Shown here: piece by piece, positions 27,844 to 37,866 of the stretch
How the letters are laid out: every line of letters begins with the position of its first letter
Position numbering within the stretch: position 1 is the first letter of the stretch
From: Gammaproteobacteria bacterium
GTDB lineage: Bacteria > Pseudomonadota > Gammaproteobacteria > Eutrophobiales > Eutrophobiaceae
DNA: 64,000 nucleotides
Direction: 5' to 3'
Assembly: GCA_965215365.1 (NCBI GenBank)
Contig: CBDCDS010000003.1
Span: forward strand, 384,001 to 448,000
Made by a program: the position numbers and the translations under genes
Notes under the pieces: generated by a model
Told to the model about the DNA's origin: nothing
The model's database searches: none
Seen by the model: only the letters and a program-made list of their open reading frames with translations

Positions 27844-29475
27844 ATGAAATGTCCAGGCAAATTATTCACTCTCAGCAAACTGCTGCTGCTCGCCATTTTG
27901 CTCTGCCAGCCGGCCGGCGCGCAGACTATCAGCGACACTGACAAGCGCATCAATGCGCATGGCGACTATGGCTATTGGCAGGCCGGCCAGCCGGACGTCA
28001 TGATCCTGTGGCCGCAGGACCGGCAGAATATCGTTAAACGTTTTAGCGGCAACGCGCAACACCCCTACCCGTACCGCTTGTGGGTGGACCCCGGCCGCGC
28101 CGGCGGCTTCCCGGTGGTGTTAAAAAACGCATCGACGTTCAATAACTTTCTGCAACACATCAAGGCCAACGCCGACAAGAACTGGTGCCAGCTCGCGGAA
28201 ACCTGGAGCCACTGGCAGGGCAACCCGCCCAGCACTTGTGGCACTCACAGGTATGGCCAACGACGTACCTGCACCGTCGCCGCCAATGCGACAAAACCCT
28301 GCCCCGAACTGTGCCGACCCGCAGTGCAGACCCGCACTCGCAGCGTCGATAACGGCGCCTGCGCGCCGCCACCGCCGCCACCGCCGCCACCGCCGCCATC
28401 AACGCCGCCACCGCCGCCGGTGAAAAAATGCTCGACCAGCGCCTGGACGCCAAGCGCTGCCAGCGTCTGCGCCGGCAACAGCTTCACCCAGACCCGCACC
28501 CGGGCCGATTGCAGTACCGAACGGCGTGCCGCGAGCGGGAGTCAATCCTGTCCCCGCACCTGCACGGTCACAGCCTGGACACCCGGTCGGGATAGCGCCT
28601 GCAGCAGGGATAGTCTGACCCAGACCCGTACCCTTAGCGATTGCAGCACTGGCAGGCGCACAATCAATGGCACGCGCTCCTGTCCGTCCGGTTGCAGGGT
28701 CACGGCCTGGACGCCTGCCGCCAACACGGTATGCAGTGGCCAGTCATTGACCCAGACCCGCACTCTGAGTAACTGCGCCGGCGATAGCCGCGGCGCCACC
28801 GGTACCAAACACTGCCCGCCAAGTTGCCGCGCCAGTTCCTGGAGTCCGGCAACCAGTACGGTTTGCCGCGGCACGCCGTTTACCCAGACCCGTAAGCTGA
28901 GTGATTGCAGCAGCGCCAGCCGTAGCGCCAGCGGCAGCAAATCCTGTCCCAGAACCTGTGCGGCGAGCGGGTGGCAACCCTCTGCCAGTACCGTCTGCTC
29001 GGGGAGCAGCTTCACCCAGACCCGCACTCTGGAAAACTGTAATACGGCCAGTCGTAGCGCCAGCGGCGCCAAGTGCTGCGGCACAGCGACGACCTGGAGC
29101 CCTACGCCGGCCGGTCAGTGCGGCAGTTTCACCCAGTCCCGCACCAATGCCTGCGGCAAGACCGAGACGCGGGCGGCAAAAGGGACCGCTTCCTGGTGCG
29201 GGTGCACCTGGAGCCCTTATACCCCGGCCACCGGTACGGTGTGTACCGGCCGACCATTTACGCAAGTCAGTTTTTACTCCTGTAACGGCAGGAATAGCCA
29301 GTCGCAGACGCGCGCGGCTACGGGAACGAAGCGTTGTCAGAGCAGTTGTCCTGCAGGTAGCGGCTGGGGGGAATGGGCCATGGGAGTGTACTGTTGTAGA
29401 AGATATAACTCCGGAGGCGGTATATTATCATCATGGAGTTGTGTACCAGGAACCTCCACACTGCTTCATCCCTGA
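27844..29475 (+). CDS. Secreted Cys-rich adhesin with thrombospondin type-1-like repeats
   Basis: Sec signal (..PAGA-Q); WSHW..STCG..QRRTC unit; poly-Pro linker; seven 40-47 aa repeats C..W(T/S)P....C....(F/L)TQTR...C...R...G...C. Confidence 0.8.
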   Translation: MKCPGKLFTLSKLLLLAILLCQPAGAQTISDTDKRINAHGDYGYWQAGQPDVMILWPQDRQNIVKRFSGNAQHPYPYRLWVDPGRAGGFPVVLKNASTFNNFLQHIKANADKNWCQLAETWSHWQGNPPSTCGTHRYGQRRTCTVAANATKPCPELCRPAVQTRTRSVDNGACAPPPPPPPPPPPSTPPPPPVKKCSTSAWTPSAASVCAGNSFTQTRTRADCSTERRAASGSQSCPRTCTVTAWTPGRDSACSRDSLTQTRTLSDCSTGRRTINGTRSCPSGCRVTAWTPAANTVCSGQSLTQTRTLSNCAGDSRGATGTKHCPPSCRASSWSPATSTVCRGTPFTQTRKLSDCSSASRSASGSKSCPRTCAASGWQPSASTVCSGSSFTQTRTLENCNTASRSASGAKCCGTATTWSPTPAGQCGSFTQSRTNACGKTETRAAKGTASWCGCTWSPYTPATGTVCTGRPFTQVSFYSCNGRNSQSQTRAATGTKRCQSSCPAGSGWGEWAMGVYCCRRYNSGGGILSSWSCVPGTSTLLHP

Positions 29476-29709
29476 CAATTCATGAACAGGGTCGTAACCT
29501 CACGGGAACCTCAAAATGGCAGCACACCCACAATGCTGCACAAGCGCCTCTAGGGGGCGCCTTTATGTGTAACTGTAAACGCGGTAAAGAATCATACCCG
29601 TTCTGCGGGGTGATCGTGTCCTTCGCGGACATGTCACAGCAACCGACCCGAGGGCTGCAATACGCCCTTGGGCGTATTCCCCTTGTGGTCCAACCACAGG
29701 AGAAATGCG

Positions 29710-30003
29710 ATGAAAATCAAGCTGAAATATCTGGTGATTGTTTTTTTGCTCCTTATCGTCGGCAGTCACGCCGTTGCCAGCCCTTATCTGGCCGAGGCAC
29801 GCGACGTGATGCTCAAGTGCGCCCTGTCGGACGTAAAGCCACAGGTCGTCTATCGTGCCTACGAGGTGACCGGCAATACCAAGCGCAGGAGCAGCAAAGT
29901 GGATAAGGACGAAAGCCTCGAAGACGCTTTGGTACGCAGCAACCTTGGCTGCATTATCAAAACGATCGACACGATGCTGACGTACAAAAAACTGACCCAG
30001 TAG
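29710..30003 (+). CDS. Small secreted hypothetical protein
   Basis: RBS AGGAGA, signal peptide ending AVA, two Cys, terminator downstream. Confidence 0.7.
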   Translation: MKIKLKYLVIVFLLLIVGSHAVASPYLAEARDVMLKCALSDVKPQVVYRAYEVTGNTKRRSSKVDKDESLEDALVRSNLGCIIKTIDTMLTYKKLTQ

Positions 30004-30025
30004 CCTGCATTCGGTCTGCTGCACC

Positions 30026-30058
30026 GAAAAGCCGATCTCCGGATCGGCTTTTCTTTTT
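30026..30058 (+). terminator. Rho-independent terminator closing the island
   Basis: GAAAAGCCGATC-tccg-GATCGGCTTTTC followed by a T-run. Confidence 0.9.
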
Positions 30059-30148
30059 CCAATACTAGGCGCCTCCCCAGGATTGGCTAATTGAACGTTT
30101 TCGATGTATCCTTGTCGGCCTTATGTTGTTCCTGCCCAGAGTAAACCC

Positions 30149-30898
30149 ATGAAAATACTGGTGCCGATAAAACGCGTGGTGGACTATAACGTCCGCATCC
30201 GGGTGAAAAAAGACGGCAGCGGCGTGGAAACGGCCAATGTGAAGATGTCCATGAACCCGTTCTGCGAAATTGCTGTGGAAGAGGCGGTGCGGATCGTGGA
30301 AGCCGGCCACGCGCATGAGATTGTAGTCGTCACCATTGGTGCCCGCCCGTGTCAGGAGACCCTGCGCACCGCCCTAGCGATGGGCGCCGACCGCGCCATA
30401 TTGGTCGAAACAAACGTGATGGTGCAACCCCTGGCAGTTGCCAAGCTGCTGCAAGCCATCGCGCAACGGCAACAACCGGGCCTCATCATCACCGGCAAAC
30501 AGGCGATTGACGATGACAACAACCAGACCGGGCAGATGCTGTCGGCCCTGCTGGGCTGGCCGCAGGGCACGTTTGCATCCAATATCGAGTTTACCGACGG
30601 CGGCCTCCGGGTCGCCCGTGAGGTGGATGACGGTCTGGAAACGGTAGCGCTGAAACTGCCCGCAGTCGTCACCACCGACCTGCGCCTGAATGAGCCCCGA
30701 TACGTGAAACTGCCGAACATTATGAAAGCTAAGAAAAAGCCGCTTGACGTGCTCACGCCAGGGGAATTGGGCATAGACGTGACCCCAAGTATCGAAGTGC
30801 TCAAGGTGACCGACCCGCCCGCCCGCGCCGCCGGCGTGCGAGTGGCTGACGTAGCGGAACTGATCGATAAACTGCGTAATGAAGCAAAGGTGATCTGA
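30149..30898 (+). CDS. etfB: Electron transfer flavoprotein beta subunit
   Basis: [33 protein letters not shown]. Confidence 0.97.
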   Translation: MKILVPIKRVVDYNVRIRVKKDGSGVETANVKMSMNPFCEIAVEEAVRIVEAGHAHEIVVVTIGARPCQETLRTALAMGADRAILVETNVMVQPLAVAKLLQAIAQRQQPGLIITGKQAIDDDNNQTGQMLSALLGWPQGTFASNIEFTDGGLRVAREVDDGLETVALKLPAVVTTDLRLNEPRYVKLPNIMKAKKKPLDVLTPGELGIDVTPSIEVLKVTDPPARAAGVRVADVAELIDKLRNEAKVI

Positions 30899-30899
30899 G

Positions 30900-31844
30900 A
30901 TGAGCATTCTGGTTATAGCGGAACACGATAATCACTCGATCAAGGCAGCCACGCTGAACACCCTGGGCGCGGCCGCACAGCTGGGCGCAGAGATAACACT
31001 GCTGGTGGCCGGTAGCGATTGCCGGGCGGCGGCTGATGCCGGCGCGCGTCTTGCCGGGGTCAGCCGGGTGCTGCATGCCGACGCGCCGCATTATGAACAT
31101 GGTCTGGCGGAGGAGCTGGCGCCGTTGGTAGCGGCCTGCTGTGGTGGCATGACCCACGCGCTGGCGCCGGCGGACACCTTCGGCAAGAACCTGATGCCGC
31201 GGGTGGCGGCGCTGCTTGACGTAGGCATGGTGGCGGACATTGTCGGCATTGAAACCGCCGATACCTTCGTGCGCCCCATTTATGCCGGCAATGCCCTGGC
31301 CACGGTGAAGAGTCATGACGCGCTCAAGGTCATTACCGTGCGCGCCACCAATTTTGACGCAGTAGCGGCTGAGGGTGGCGCGGCCGCAGTTGCGGCTGCC
31401 GACAACCTGCCGGAGCCGGTCGGGCAGTCCGGCTTCGTCAGCCTGGACAGTCCTGAATCGGAACGACCCGAACTGACCAGCGCCAAGGTCATCGTGTCCG
31501 GCGGGCGCGGTTTTGGCAGCGGTGAGAATTTCCGTTTGCTGGAAGAGGTGGCCGACAAACTGGGCGCCGCCATCGGCGCGTCCCGCGCCGCAGTCGACTC
31601 GGGCTATGTGTCGAATGATTATCAGGTGGGGCAGACCGGCAAGGTCGTGGCGCCCGACCTGTATCTGGCGGTTGGTATCTCCGGCGCGATACAGCATCTG
31701 GCCGGCATGAAAGAGAGCAAGGTGATCGTCGCCATCAATAAAGATGAGGAAGCGCCCATCTTCGAGGTCGCGGATTACGGTTTGGTCGCAGACCTATTCC
31801 AGGCCCTGCCGGAACTCTCCGCGGCGCTGGACAAGCCGGAATAG
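30900..31844 (+). CDS. etfA: Electron transfer flavoprotein alpha subunit
   Basis: [29 protein letters not shown]. Confidence 0.97.
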   Translation: MSILVIAEHDNHSIKAATLNTLGAAAQLGAEITLLVAGSDCRAAADAGARLAGVSRVLHADAPHYEHGLAEELAPLVAACCGGMTHALAPADTFGKNLMPRVAALLDVGMVADIVGIETADTFVRPIYAGNALATVKSHDALKVITVRATNFDAVAAEGGAAAVAAADNLPEPVGQSGFVSLDSPESERPELTSAKVIVSGGRGFGSGENFRLLEEVADKLGAAIGASRAAVDSGYVSNDYQVGQTGKVVAPDLYLAVGISGAIQHLAGMKESKVIVAINKDEEAPIFEVADYGLVADLFQALPELSAALDKPE

Positions 31845-31885
31845 CCGCCCCTGAAAACAACTATGGCCCGGCGTCCGGGACCGCA

Positions 31886-32761
31886 ATGGAACGTCAACAC
31901 CATCCCTATCGGGCCACGGCCTTCATGCTCATGGCGACAGTATTCTTCTGCCTGTCCGACGCGCTGGGCAAGTGGTTGACGGCAATTTACCCGGTGGTGC
32001 AGATCACCTGGATGCGTAGCATTTTCGGCGCCGCGGCGCTGCTGCTGGCCGCGGCGTTGACGTCTAACTTGCGGGCGCTAAAGACCCGCCGGCCGGCCTG
32101 GCATGTTGGCCGCAGCATCGCCAGCGGTGTTATGGTGCTGGGCGTCTTTTACGGCTTGAAGAATATTCCCCTGGCTGAGTTTGTAGCGATCACGTTCTCC
32201 GTGCCTTTTTTTATTGCCGTGTTTTCCCCCCGGTTGCTGAAAGAACAGGTCGCAAAACAGTCCTGGATTGCCATCACTCTGGGGTTCATCGGGGTGCTGT
32301 TCGTATTAAGACCCACCCCGGACCACTTCCATATTGCACACCTGACGACCCTGGGCCTGTCCCTGGTAATCAGCCTGATGCTGCTCAGCGCGCGCTACCT
32401 GTCCACCACCGAGAGCGGCTGGTCGCTTAATTTCTACTTGCCTGTTGCCGCCATCGCCCTACTCGGCTATCCCACTCTGGTTTACTGGATCGACCCCAGC
32501 AACCTGGACTGGGTGTTATTCGCCATGCTGGGCGTGTCACAAACTATCGCGCTGGGCTGCTACATAGAAGCCCTGCGGCTGGCCCGCGCCGCAGTCATAG
32601 CCCCGCTGGACTACCTGCGCATGATCTGGACTATCATCGTCGGCTACCTGATCTGGCAGGAACTGCCGGACTCCTACACCTGGACCGGCATCGCCATCAT
32701 CGTCGCCAGCGGCATCTACATCGTGCGCCACAGCTACGTGAACCGGACCGAGCATGCTTGA
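31886..32761 (+). CDS. DMT (EamA) family transporter
   Basis: About 10 TM helices in two repeats; APLDY..IW...GY..W.E.P motif. Confidence 0.9.
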   Translation: MERQHHPYRATAFMLMATVFFCLSDALGKWLTAIYPVVQITWMRSIFGAAALLLAAALTSNLRALKTRRPAWHVGRSIASGVMVLGVFYGLKNIPLAEFVAITFSVPFFIAVFSPRLLKEQVAKQSWIAITLGFIGVLFVLRPTPDHFHIAHLTTLGLSLVISLMLLSARYLSTTESGWSLNFYLPVAAIALLGYPTLVYWIDPSNLDWVLFAMLGVSQTIALGCYIEALRLARAAVIAPLDYLRMIWTIIVGYLIWQELPDSYTWTGIAIIVASGIYIVRHSYVNRTEHA

Positions 32762-32835
32762 ACAGAAGGCTTGACGGCGAGACAATGGAAACAATACCTG
32801 CTTAGCCAAAATCTAATCTATCGCCGGGAAGTAAT

Positions 32836-32940
32836 TAGTATGGTATATTGCCGGGCAAATTGTTTGAATGAGAAAGGGCCCGCTGCTTTTCTCATACCAG
32901 TGTTGTCCGTTTGCCATAAGGAGACCAATCATTTCTTCCA
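32836..32940 (+). repeat. Left, orphan copy of the tkt promoter/leader/start
   Basis: 32900-32940 is identical (41 bp) to 34740-34780; similarity continues about 65 bp upstream. Confidence 0.92.
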
Positions 32941-33172
32941 CATGTTCGTGTACCCTTAAACGAATCTCAGCGATCAAGCATGTCAGGCCCCTATCCGTAT
33001 TGTGGCGCCAACGGGGTCCTTGATTATGTGAACGACTTCGTCCTTGACGATGACGTAGAAACAACGCTTGAACAAAACCCAAGCCATCAAGCAGGGCATG
33101 ATGCAGCAACTCCTCACAGGTCGCATTCGATTACTCAGGCCTGCTACATCAGGCAAAGAGAAAAACTGAAAG

Positions 33173-34387
33173 ATGACGCCTATCCGCATCTTCATCAGTA
33201 GCGTCCAGACGGAATTTGCTCAAGGGCGCGAGGCATTGCGCGACTACCTGCGCGGTGACCCATTGATGAGGCGCTTCTTCAATGTATTTCTGTTCGAGGA
33301 TGTCCCCGCATCGGACCGTCAGTTTGCTGAGCTTTACCTGGACGAAGTTGATCGATGTGATCTGTACGTGGGCTTGTTCGGCAACGACTACGGAAATGAG
33401 GATCAAGATGGGGTATCACCTACAGAACGGGAGTTTGATCATGCGACAGTGCTTGGGAAACATCGTCTGATTTTTGTAAAGGGTACAGATGATGCTGCCC
33501 GACATCCGAAGATGCTGACCTTGGTTAAGAAGGCTCAAGAGGTAGCCAAACCGATCCCGTCTTACCAAGTTTACAAAGGCACAGTGTTCGATTTGGTTGA
33601 TCAGGCTGCCGACTTCGTATTAAGCAAGATTAACCGGTGGATAGGCACACGGGCGGAGGGTGTTCAAGCGCCCCGAATCTATGAAATCCCAGAAGAAGTC
33701 ATCACCGAGGCAATCGTCAACGCGGTGGTTCATCGCGACTACACGGACAACGGTAGTGTTCAGGTTATGCTCTTTGCAGACCGCCTGGAGGTGTGGAATC
33801 CCGGTCGTCTTCCAGCGTCCCTGACACTGGAGGAACTGCGTGTTCCTCACCAGTCCGTGCCCGGCAACCCTTTGCTTGCAAATGCTATGTATCTGGTTGA
33901 ATACATAGAGCGGATGGGGACGGGAACGCTGGATATGATTCGGCGCTGCACGGATGCAGGATTGCCGGAACCGGAATTTGAGATTACCGGTAGTTTTGTA
34001 ACGAAGATCTGGCGCAAAGTATCCACCGGGCAGCCAGATTCTCTCATCAGTCAGGATAGTGCAGTGAGTGAAATAGAGGGTAAACCGGTGACTACCCCCG
34101 AAGTCACCCCCGAAGTCACCCCCGAAGTCACCCCCGAAGTCACCCCCGAAGTCGTGCGGTTCTTGTCAGTGATCAAGGGGACAATGAGTCGCCAGGAAAT
34201 TCAGGCTGAATTGGGCATCAAGGATGAGAAGCATTTCCGGAAGTTCTATCAGCAACCTGCGGTTACCCGAGATCTGATTGAGATGACTATCCCTGAAAAA
34301 CCGACAAGCCGTTTGCAGAAGTACCGCTTGACGGGAAAAGGTCGTGCCGTTATCGAAAACCTTAAATCGAGCGCCGAAGAACAATGA
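33173..34387 (+). CDS. DUF4062 + RecG-C-like (HATPase_c_4) + HTH protein, possibly internally deleted
   Basis: IFISSVQ.EF..YVGLFG..YG..SPTEREF; EAIVNAVVHRDY, DRLEVWNPG, IERMGTG; C-terminal QKYRLT; lower GC. Confidence 0.75.
   Translation: MTPIRIFISSVQTEFAQGREALRDYLRGDPLMRRFFNVFLFEDVPASDRQFAELYLDEVDRCDLYVGLFGNDYGNEDQDGVSPTEREFDHATVLGKHRLIFVKGTDDAARHPKMLTLVKKAQEVAKPIPSYQVYKGTVFDLVDQAADFVLSKINRWIGTRAEGVQAPRIYEIPEEVITEAIVNAVVHRDYTDNGSVQVMLFADRLEVWNPGRLPASLTLEELRVPHQSVPGNPLLANAMYLVEYIERMGTGTLDMIRRCTDAGLPEPEFEITGSFVTKIWRKVSTGQPDSLISQDSAVSEIEGKPVTTPEVTPEVTPEVTPEVTPEVVRFLSVIKGTMSRQEIQAELGIKDEKHFRKFYQQPAVTRDLIEMTIPEKPTSRLQKYRLTGKGRAVIENLKSSAEEQ
34094..34153 (+). repeat. (ACCCCCGAAGTC)x5, in-frame TPEV repeat
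   Basis: Exact 12 bp tandem repeat. Confidence 0.95.
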
Positions 34388-34677
34388 GCGTAGTCGGTGA
34401 ATTAGAAACTCTGGCGCAGCAGCGTGTGGTCAGGTTCTTTCAGGATGAGCTCGGCTACACTTACCTCGGCGACTGGATTAACCGTCCCGATAACAGCAAT
34501 GTCGAAAAAGAGATACTTGCCAACTGGCTGAAACGTCAAGGTCACAACGACAAGCTCACCGACAAAGTGCTGCACCAACTGGAAAAGGCAGTTGCAATCA
34601 GTACTGATCGAACTGAGTTGGATGAGCAGATAGAGGAAACTTTCCTGGGCGTAAGTGTGTCGCTGACAAGCGGATAG
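34384..34677 (+). pseudogene. hsdR: Type I restriction subunit HsdR remnant
   Basis: N-terminus QQRVVRFFQDELGYTYLGDW..R..NSNVE joined directly to the helicase motif TDRTELDEQI; only 97 aa. Confidence 0.75.
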
Positions 34678-34780
34678 TATGATATATTAAGCCGCATAAT
34701 AGCCTAAATGAGAGAGAACCCGCTTCTTTTCTCATGCCGGTGTTGTCCGTTTGCCATAAGGAGACCAATCATTTCTTCCA
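34675..34780 (+). repeat. Right, functional copy of the tkt promoter/leader/start
   Basis: Matches 32836-32940; contains hairpin ATGAGA...TCTCAT and RBS TAAGGAG. Confidence 0.92.
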
Positions 34781-36762
34781 GACGCCAGCTTGCCAATGCC
34801 ATCCGGGCTTTGAGCATGGACGCGGTGCAGCGCGCGCACTCCGGGCATCCGGGCACCCCTATGGGCATGGCGGATATCGCTGAAGTGCTGTGGAATGATT
34901 TCTTCAGGCACAACCCGGCCAACCCCGGCTGGGCGGATCGCGATCGCTTCGTCATGTCCAACGGTCACGGTTCCATGCTGTTGTACTCCATCCTGCACCT
35001 GAGCGGTTACGACCTGCCCATGGAGGAGCTGCAGAATTTCCGCCAACTGCATTCGAAAACACCCGGCCACCCGGAGTACGGCTACACCCCTGGCATAGAG
35101 ACTACCACCGGGCCGCTAGGACAGGGCCTGGCCAATGCCGTCGGCATGGCCCTCGCCGAACGCACCCTGGCCGCACAGTTCAACCGTCCTGGTCTGGATA
35201 TCGTCAACCACCACACCTATGCCTCAGTCGGTGACGGTTGCCTGATGGAAGGCATCTCCCATGAAGCCTGCTCGCTGGCCGGCACCCTGGGCCTGGGCAA
35301 GCTCATCGTCATTTACGACAGCAACCGCATCTCCATCGACGGCGAGGTGGAAGGCTGGTTTACCGAAGACATACCCAAACGTTTCGAGGCCTATCGCTGG
35401 CAGGTGCTTGCGGACCTTGACGGGCATGACCCGGAGGCAGTGCGTGAGGCGCTCGGCGCGGCACAGGCGGAGACTGGCAGGCCCAGCCTGTTGTGCTGCC
35501 ACACCACCATCGGCCTGGGTTCGCCCAACAAGCAGGGCAAGGCCTCAAGCCACGGCGCGCCGCTGGGCGCGGCTGAGGTGGCGCTGGTACGGGAAACCAT
35601 AGGCTGGCCCTGGCCGGCGTTTACGATACCTGAAGAGATCTACCAGGGTTGGGACGCCCGGGCCCGGGGCGCGGCGCTGGAAACAGAATGGGACGAGAAA
35701 TTTTCCGCTTACCGGAAGCATTACCCCGAGCAGGCAGCCGAGTTCGGGCGCCGGCTCCGGGGTGACTTGCCTCAAAGCTGGCAGGAAATCAGCCGCGCCT
35801 ACATTGAGACTACCCAACAACAGGGCGAAAGTATCGCTTCGCGCAAGGCCTCACAGAATGCCTTGAACGCCTACGGCCCGGCGCTGCCGGAACTGGTCGG
35901 CGGTTCGGCAGACCTGACCGGCTCCAACCTGACCCTGCGCCAGGACTCCGGCGTCATCAGTGCGACTGTCGCGGACGGCAATTACCTGTACTACGGCGTG
36001 CGCGAATTCGGCATGGCCGCCATCAACAACGGCGTAGCTCTGCATGGCGGTTTTATCCCTTATGGCGGCACCTTTCTCATCTTCACCGAGTACGCCCGCA
36101 ATGCCTTGCGTATGGCGGCCTTGATGAAGCAACGCAATATCTTCGTGCTCACCCATGACTCAATCGGCCTAGGTGAAGACGGCCCCAGCCACCAGGCAGT
36201 GGAACAGACCGCAACGCTGCGCCTGATTCCGAACATGTCGGTCTGGCGCCCGTGTGACGCGGTGGAGACTGCGGTGGCCTGGAAAGCCGCGCTGGAAAAC
36301 CGGGATAAGCCCACCTGCCTGTTGTTGTCACGGCAATCCCTGCCGGCCCTGGCCAGAAGCGCAGAGCAGCTTGCTGAGATTGAACGAGGCGGCTATATTC
36401 TGGTCGAGCCTGACGGCGGGCCGGACCTGATTATCATCGCCACCGGTTCGGAAGTCGCCATTGCCGTGGCAGCCGCACAACAACTGAACGGCAACGGCGG
36501 ACGGGCGCGAGTGGTGTCCATGCCCTCGACCGATGTGTTCGACAGCCAGCCGCAAGCGTACCGTGAACAGGTGTTGCCCGGCGCCTGCCGGCGGCGCATT
36601 GCCGTGGAAGCCGGCATACCGGATTACTGGCGCAAGTATGTCGGTCTTGACGGCAGGATTCTGGGCGTGCCGAGCTTCGGCGAGTCGGCACCCGGCGCCG
36701 TCGTGTTCGAGCATTTCGGCATCAACACGGACGGCCTCATACAACTGATTGAGGCACTTTAA
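34771..36762 (+). CDS. tkt: Transketolase, apparent ATT start
   Basis: [45 protein letters not shown]. Confidence 0.97.
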   Translation: MSSRRQLANAIRALSMDAVQRAHSGHPGTPMGMADIAEVLWNDFFRHNPANPGWADRDRFVMSNGHGSMLLYSILHLSGYDLPMEELQNFRQLHSKTPGHPEYGYTPGIETTTGPLGQGLANAVGMALAERTLAAQFNRPGLDIVNHHTYASVGDGCLMEGISHEACSLAGTLGLGKLIVIYDSNRISIDGEVEGWFTEDIPKRFEAYRWQVLADLDGHDPEAVREALGAAQAETGRPSLLCCHTTIGLGSPNKQGKASSHGAPLGAAEVALVRETIGWPWPAFTIPEEIYQGWDARARGAALETEWDEKFSAYRKHYPEQAAEFGRRLRGDLPQSWQEISRAYIETTQQQGESIASRKASQNALNAYGPALPELVGGSADLTGSNLTLRQDSGVISATVADGNYLYYGVREFGMAAINNGVALHGGFIPYGGTFLIFTEYARNALRMAALMKQRNIFVLTHDSIGLGEDGPSHQAVEQTATLRLIPNMSVWRPCDAVETAVAWKAALENRDKPTCLLLSRQSLPALARSAEQLAEIERGGYILVEPDGGPDLIIIATGSEVAIAVAAAQQLNGNGGRARVVSMPSTDVFDSQPQAYREQVLPGACRRRIAVEAGIPDYWRKYVGLDGRILGVPSFGESAPGAVVFEHFGINTDGLIQLIEAL

Positions 36763-36770
36763 GGAATCCT

Positions 36771-36790
36771 CTGAAAATGGCAGTATATCC
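36771..36790 (+). promoter_or_regulatory. 20 bp motif shared with the fba upstream region
   Basis: CTGAAAATGGCAGTATATCC; 19/20 identical to 40795-40814. Confidence 0.6.
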
Positions 36791-36840
36791 GTAATACTGC
36801 ACAGGCGCCTCATAAACACCAAAACCTGGAGTTACACAAA

Positions 36841-37854
36841 ATGACGATAAACATAGGAATTAACGGCTACGGCAGGATTGGCAGAAACATCTTGCGGGCG
36901 CTGTATGAAAGTGGCCGCACCGACGAGCTTCGCATCGTCGCGGTCAACGACTTGGGTAATGCCGAAACCAACGCGCACCTGACCCGCTATGATACTGCAC
37001 ACGGCAAGTTCCCCGGCACGGTCGAAGTGGACGGTGACTACATGCTGGTCAACGGCGACCGCATACGGGTGTTATCCGAACGCGACCCGGCACAACTGCC
37101 TTGGGGCGAACTGGGCGTGGATGTCGTGCATGAATCCACCGGCTTTTTTGCCAGCAAGGCCAAAGCCGGCGCGCACCTGCAAGGCGGTGCCCAAAAAGTC
37201 ATCATCTCCGCGCCGGGCGGTAACGATGTGGATGCAACCATTGTTTACGGCGTGAACCACGGTGTCCTGAAAAAAACGGATACCGTGATCTCCAACGCGT
37301 CCTGCACCACTAACTGCCTGGCCCCGCTGGTAAAGGTGCTGCATGACCATATAGGCGTGGTCAACGGCGTTATGACCACGGTTCACGCATATACCAACGA
37401 TCAGGTACTGACCGATGTATATCACTCCGATTTGCGGCGTGCCCGTTCCGCCACCATGTCCATGATCCCGACAAAAACCGGTGCCGCGGCCGCAGTCGGT
37501 CTGGTGTTGCCGGAACTGAACGGCAAGCTGGACGGTTATGCAGTGCGCGTGCCGACGATTAACGTCTCACTGGTGGACCTGTCCTTGCAGGCCGCACGTC
37601 CGACCTCGAAAGAAGAGATCGATGCGCTGATGCAAACCGCCGCGGACGGCCCGCTGCATGGCGTTTTGGCCTGCAACAAGGCACCGCTGGTGTCCATCGA
37701 CTTCAACCACGACCCGGCCTCTGCAACCTATGACTCTTCGTTGACCAAGGTGATTGAAGGCACGATGGTGAAAGTGGTGGCCTGGTATGACAACGAATGG
37801 GGATTTTCCAACCGTATGCTGGATACTACCTGCGCGTTGATGAATGCGAGCTGA
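36841..37854 (+). CDS. gap: Glyceraldehyde-3-phosphate dehydrogenase type I
   Basis: [25 protein letters not shown]. Confidence 0.98.
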   Translation: MTINIGINGYGRIGRNILRALYESGRTDELRIVAVNDLGNAETNAHLTRYDTAHGKFPGTVEVDGDYMLVNGDRIRVLSERDPAQLPWGELGVDVVHESTGFFASKAKAGAHLQGGAQKVIISAPGGNDVDATIVYGVNHGVLKKTDTVISNASCTTNCLAPLVKVLHDHIGVVNGVMTTVHAYTNDQVLTDVYHSDLRRARSATMSMIPTKTGAAAAVGLVLPELNGKLDGYAVRVPTINVSLVDLSLQAARPTSKEEIDALMQTAADGPLHGVLACNKAPLVSIDFNHDPASATYDSSLTKVIEGTMVKVVAWYDNEWGFSNRMLDTTCALMNAS

Positions 37855-37866
37855 CAAGAGCTGCGC

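Noticed and set aside
11761-30058. Intact ICE or integrated conjugative plasmid
   Set aside because: No integrase, relaxase, coupling protein, replication gene, tRNA target or island-spanning att repeats were seen
27168-30058. Shufflon or diversity-generating retroelement at the adhesin tip
   Set aside because: No Rci-like recombinase, inverted cassettes, reverse transcriptase or template repeat in the window
32980-33201. 73 aa ORF inside the islet
   Set aside because: No recognisable motif or RBS; probably debris
34708-34770. ATG start for tkt
   Set aside because: No Shine-Dalgarno, lies in a hairpin, encodes a non-homologous-looking extension that spans the evident RBS
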